DNA of 64,000 nt from Rhynchopus sp. YZ270_cl-10 (taxonomy: Eukaryota), in NCBI GenBank assembly GCA_964035575.1, contig OZ037840.1, positions 1,054,001 through 1,118,000 of the forward strand, in the 5' to 3' direction. The notes below the pieces were generated by a model, which saw only the letters and a list, made by a program, of their open reading frames with translations, did not search any database and had not been told where the DNA came from. The stretch's first letter is position 1. Every line of letters starts with the position of its first letter. The position numbers and the translations under genes were made by a program. This document shows, piece by piece, positions 59,865-64,000 of the stretch.

Positions 59865-62468
59865 ATGTCTGCAGGTGCAGAGGTCACGCCACCACGGAAG
59901 GGCGTGTCGTTCCGTCCACCCATTCTGTGTGTGTTTGCTGTTGCAACGCTGGTGTCGACATGTGCGTCGATGGGGGGTGGTCTGGTGATGTACTTCGAGA
60001 GTCTTGCGTCGCTCGAGGCGACTGTGGAGACAACAAGCAAGAGCGAGATGGAGGGACTCGAGAACACACTCAAGACACTTCTTGTCCTCACGACGTACAC
60101 AGCAGACTCTGTGCGTGCCTTCCACTACAACAACGAAGTGGTCTCGAGCCACGACCCACGGGTCGTCTCAAACCAGACACGTGCCTTCAGCTTCAGCAAC
60201 ACAAAATCTATGCATCTTGGTGGTGCTGGGTACGTCCTTGTTCCGTACGACATCGCCGATGGTTCAGGAGTGTACAGCCTTGTGTGGAACGAGCCGCTCA
60301 GGGAGAAGGGAAAATTTCACTACATGCACGGGGAACATCACAAGTACCTGAACCACACCGAGGGGCTTGAGTACTTTCCTGTGAACCACTCTGCTGACCC
60401 GCCAGTGCCAACACGGATGATGATCCACACGGACCTTCTGGATGAGGGCACAGGTGAGGTGGACGAGTGGGTGTACGACTGGGATGGTGTGAACTACTTA
60501 ACAGACATGTTACCACACGACTACGACCCACGTGACGGGGTTCCTCCACCAGGTTGGGATGCAGGCCTGGCCGAGGCTGTGGGTCACAGGTGGCGGCCAC
60601 CACGTGCCTGGAGGTCTGTCGACGGTTCTGTGTACACATACTCTGGGTACGACTCGGTGCACGTGCCACCCCCAGCACCACACCCGTGGAGCAAGTACAG
60701 AGCAGTGCTGATTGTCGGTCTGCACATGTTCCTTCCGTGGCAAGCGGACCTGGACGACTACAAAGCACGCAACGCTGAGACGACAGTTGCCTTGGTGGAC
60801 GCAAAGCTGCGCATCGTCTTTGCATCCACGACAGGACGGTCCATGATCGACAGGTGCATGACCACGAGGAACAGTTTTTCTGTGACAAGCCCGCTGTCCT
60901 GTGCGACACGAGTGGACGAGATACCGTCCCTGAAGAAGGCGTTCGACGACTTGGTGAACGAAGATGTGTACGAAGGGACGTTCCGGACGATGACACTTGA
61001 CGGTGAGGAACACTTTGTGCGTCGGAGTGCGAACTTCCACCAGGACCTGTTCCTGTTGTGGTACCGCCCGAAGTCGACTGTGCAGGGGAAGGTGCAGGAG
61101 GCGCTGGTTGTGCTGATCATCTTCACAGCTCTGGTGTTTGCGTTTGACCTGCTGGTGTCGACGCTCGAAGTTGTCTTCATTGCGCAGCCGATGCGACAGC
61201 TCTCTGCAGCCATCCAGAATGTCAGCAACTTTGAAACGGAATCTGCCACTGCTGCGATCTCACGTTACGACAACGCACATGTCGTGATCAAGGAGATCAA
61301 CTCGCTCATGGTGGGGATGCTCTTCACCATCCAACGCCTGGAGGAGTTCCGCACCTTCATGCCGCAGTCTGTGGTCCCAGGCCAGCAGGACGAGGCAGAG
61401 GAGTCGGCTGGTCAGTCTGTCACTTCCTTGTCGGATGGGAGCTCTGCAGTGTCCCGCATGTCATCAGTGTCGCAAAAAAGTGCATCAGCAGGTGCACCAG
61501 CAGGCGCACCTACAACTACTCTGCTTGGCCTGCACCTGACAAGCAAGGATGTGGGGCTGCTGTACGTGAACGCACTCGGGTGGGACACACGCCAAGACAG
61601 CGAAGGTGTGCTGCGTGCGAGCAACGCGCTTGCTGCATACGTGCTGGGCTGTGTCGCACAGCACTCAGGTGTGCTGGACAACTTCTCGGGGGACCGCTAC
61701 CTCATTGGGTGGAACACTGCACGGCGTACGTGCAGCCCTGCCACAGCAGCATGCAACACAGCACTGCGCATGTCTGCAGGACAAGGGGGTCCCCGTGCGT
61801 TCCGTCTTTCCTGCGCTATCGCATTCGGCCCTGCGAAGGTGGGGAACGTGGGCACAGCACAGCTGAGGCGCTTCTCTGTGATCACACCTTTGATTCCGTG
61901 GCTGATGACGATGGAGGCATACGCGAAGACATGCAATGTACCACGTGTCACCGATGATGCAACTGTACGCCACTTGGAACGGTCTATTATATGCCGTGTG
62001 TTTGATGCTGTTGTGCGTGAGCGCCAAAACAAGGTGGTGCCACTGCTGGAGGTGCTGCACAGAGAGGAAGCCTCGCCGCAGGAGTGGATGTACGAGCTCA
62101 TGGAGATGGACGCGAAGGGTGGCGACAGCCAGAGTGTGAACAGCATTGCACGCTGCATCCTCAAGGGCGACTGGGACGCTGCCGACAAGCTCCGTTTGGC
62201 GATGGCAGAGGGACACACCCTTGCCTCTGTCTGGACAGAGGCCTTGGAAAGGAGAAAGTTTTACCCAATGCGCTCTTCGTTCTCCCGCAGCAGAGAAACA
62301 CAACACGTTGTCACGTCACAGGCCACACCGGTGATCAATACTGCTGCAGACACAACGAAGACACCAGCAAACACAAGAGCAGATGCTTACACTGTGGCAG
62401 TACTGTCAGAGTCGTCAGGTGCGCATCATGTCTCCATGCTGAACTCGATTGTGTCGGGCACCTACTAG
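59865..62468 (+). CDS. Receptor-type cyclase-like protein, paralogue 4 (extended C-terminal tail)
   Basis: ATG at 59865 (MSAGAEV). Same architecture, with a diverged and longer C-terminus. Confidence 0.85.
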   Translation: MSAGAEVTPPRKGVSFRPPILCVFAVATLVSTCASMGGGLVMYFESLASLEATVETTSKSEMEGLENTLKTLLVLTTYTADSVRAFHYNNEVVSSHDPRVVSNQTRAFSFSNTKSMHLGGAGYVLVPYDIADGSGVYSLVWNEPLREKGKFHYMHGEHHKYLNHTEGLEYFPVNHSADPPVPTRMMIHTDLLDEGTGEVDEWVYDWDGVNYLTDMLPHDYDPRDGVPPPGWDAGLAEAVGHRWRPPRAWRSVDGSVYTYSGYDSVHVPPPAPHPWSKYRAVLIVGLHMFLPWQADLDDYKARNAETTVALVDAKLRIVFASTTGRSMIDRCMTTRNSFSVTSPLSCATRVDEIPSLKKAFDDLVNEDVYEGTFRTMTLDGEEHFVRRSANFHQDLFLLWYRPKSTVQGKVQEALVVLIIFTALVFAFDLLVSTLEVVFIAQPMRQLSAAIQNVSNFETESATAAISRYDNAHVVIKEINSLMVGMLFTIQRLEEFRTFMPQSVVPGQQDEAEESAGQSVTSLSDGSSAVSRMSSVSQKSASAGAPAGAPTTTLLGLHLTSKDVGLLYVNALGWDTRQDSEGVLRASNALAAYVLGCVAQHSGVLDNFSGDRYLIGWNTARRTCSPATAACNTALRMSAGQGGPRAFRLSCAIAFGPAKVGNVGTAQLRRFSVITPLIPWLMTMEAYAKTCNVPRVTDDATVRHLERSIICRVFDAVVRERQNKVVPLLEVLHREEASPQEWMYELMEMDAKGGDSQSVNSIARCILKGDWDAADKLRLAMAEGHTLASVWTEALERRKFYPMRSSFSRSRETQHVVTSQATPVINTAADTTKTPANTRADAYTVAVLSESSGAHHVSMLNSIVSGTY

Positions 62469-62715
62469 AACGCAAGTGCAGCGTGCCGTGTCCCTTCTCT
62501 CTTGCGATGAAGCAGCCGGTACCACCCGCGCCTTTCTTGTGTGTTCACTAGTTGCACGCCTCTGACAAGTTTTCTTTCTTTTCCTTCTTTTCCTTCGTTT
62601 CTCCTGCTATTCTCAATAACGCCCCTCCCTGGGAATGAAAATAGTTGGATTCACGTATTTTGTCCTTTGTGAACAAGGTGACCAAGCACTGAGAAGCTTA
62701 GATTCATCTTATATG

Positions 62716-62822
62716 CAGTGGTTAAACAAAGTTCCGCCTAAGAAAAGTGCCCGCCTAAAGTAATTTCCGACATCGATTTCAATTCCGCCTTTAGTTTAGC
62801 AGTAAACTTTGTTTAACCACTG
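62716..62822. mobile_element. 107-bp Tc1/mariner-like MITE
   Basis: TIR CAGTGGTTAAACAAAGTT / AACTTTGTTTAACCACTG. Confidence 0.75.
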
Positions 62823-64000
62823 TAATACTTTCTTTGCACCGCCTCAGACCCCCGTCGGGGGGTACAAAAAATTCCTCTTTACAGCCATACAGCATGCCGT
62901 GTGTTTGTTTTTCATATTACTTTGAGGGAAACACATATCGTTCCACAGACGGGGTGCCCCCAGCAAACGTATGGTTAATTACTCCCCCTTTCAAAAGGCT
63001 TTATTTTTTTTCCGCCTAGGTTTGTTGGACCCCCACCATGTGTTGGCTGCAGGTATTTAAGCCTGCATCCGTTGTGGCATCTCATTGGACGACTGCTGTA
63101 TGTGTGCGTTTAGACGGAAACATCTTCGTTGTACCGCTCAAATGCATGACCCCACCCACTTCTTCTTCTTTTTCTGTTTTGTGGAAGAAGGCTGCAAGCA
63201 CACAACGCTTCAGGAAGTGGGCTGCTGGGTATGAAATGGTGTGCCGTCTTGCTTGTCTTTTCATTCAGGGCTGGCATCGTGTGTGGGTCAGTCGGAGGCC
63301 CTCCCTCAGCAACCATTTATAAGAAGGTGACGAGAAGCACAGAGAGAGCTTAGGGTCATCTTCCTAAACCTTTCTTTTTAACAAAAAAAAAAGTGTCAAC
63401 TTGTTGTCGTTCCCTCACCCCTCTTTTTGTAGTTTTTTTTTATGTGTTGACGCTTCCACACACACTATCTCTCACCTGTTGGGTGGTGTTGTGGAGGACA
63501 GTTGGGTGATGTGAACTACGTTGACACTTTCCGCGCAATAGTAGTGTGCGTAATAATTTATCTTGAGTAACTTATCTTGTGTCTTTTTTTCTTCTTTTTT
63601 TATTTACGAACTGTGCAGGCAAAAAAACTTCGTGTCCCCTCGTACTATGTTTTCTCGTTGCTCCACGTAGCTGCTGCAGCGCTCACATTTTCGCATTTCT
63701 TGTTTTGAGCCTGAGAGTACATATGTGACACTTTGTAGCTGGTGTGCATTGAGAATTAATAATGACCTCGTCCCTCCCCATATTTCTTGCAAAAACGGAG
63801 GGTAAAAAAGTGATCGGGGGAAAGAAGCACTGTAATGAGCCCTTTTCTTTTCGTGATCTGTTCTGTTGATGTACCCGAAGAAGATCTTTTTGTCAACATT
63901 GGAACGACGTAAATTGGTGTTCCTGACCCCTCCTGCTTTTTTGCAAAGTTTAAAGCAATCTTGCTTGTCCTTATGTTTTGCGGTTAACACCAAATTAAAT

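Overview
Eukaryotic, transposon-dense genomic window. Gene content and style suggest a protist, plausibly a diplonemid or other euglenozoan; that is an inference. All host genes are on the + strand: a 5'-partial class III adenylate cyclase (one intact and one degenerate cyclase domain), a large PTEN-family phosphatase with a probable Ras-binding-like domain and a 2.7-kb TE-filled intron, and four near-identical mosaic receptor-type pseudo-cyclase paralogues. A tandem segmental duplication supplies empty versus filled sites, so many insertions can be delimited to the base. The most unusual element is a tyrosine-recombinase (Crypton-like) DNA element with a terminal 145-bp hairpin. Its junctions resemble 11-6-10 bp recombination sites and show 6-bp core exchange instead of a target-site duplication (TSD). 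Two copies of a CRE-type non-LTR retrotransposon sit inside it; the longer one carries an OTU-like protease and a zinc finger after its endonuclease. Also present: an intact hAT transposon, deeply nested MITE clusters, CACTA-like elements with 2-bp TSDs, elements inserted in poly-G/C runs, and a ~50-nt hairpin motif found six times, always on the + strand. Family assignments come from motif reading only; no searches were run.
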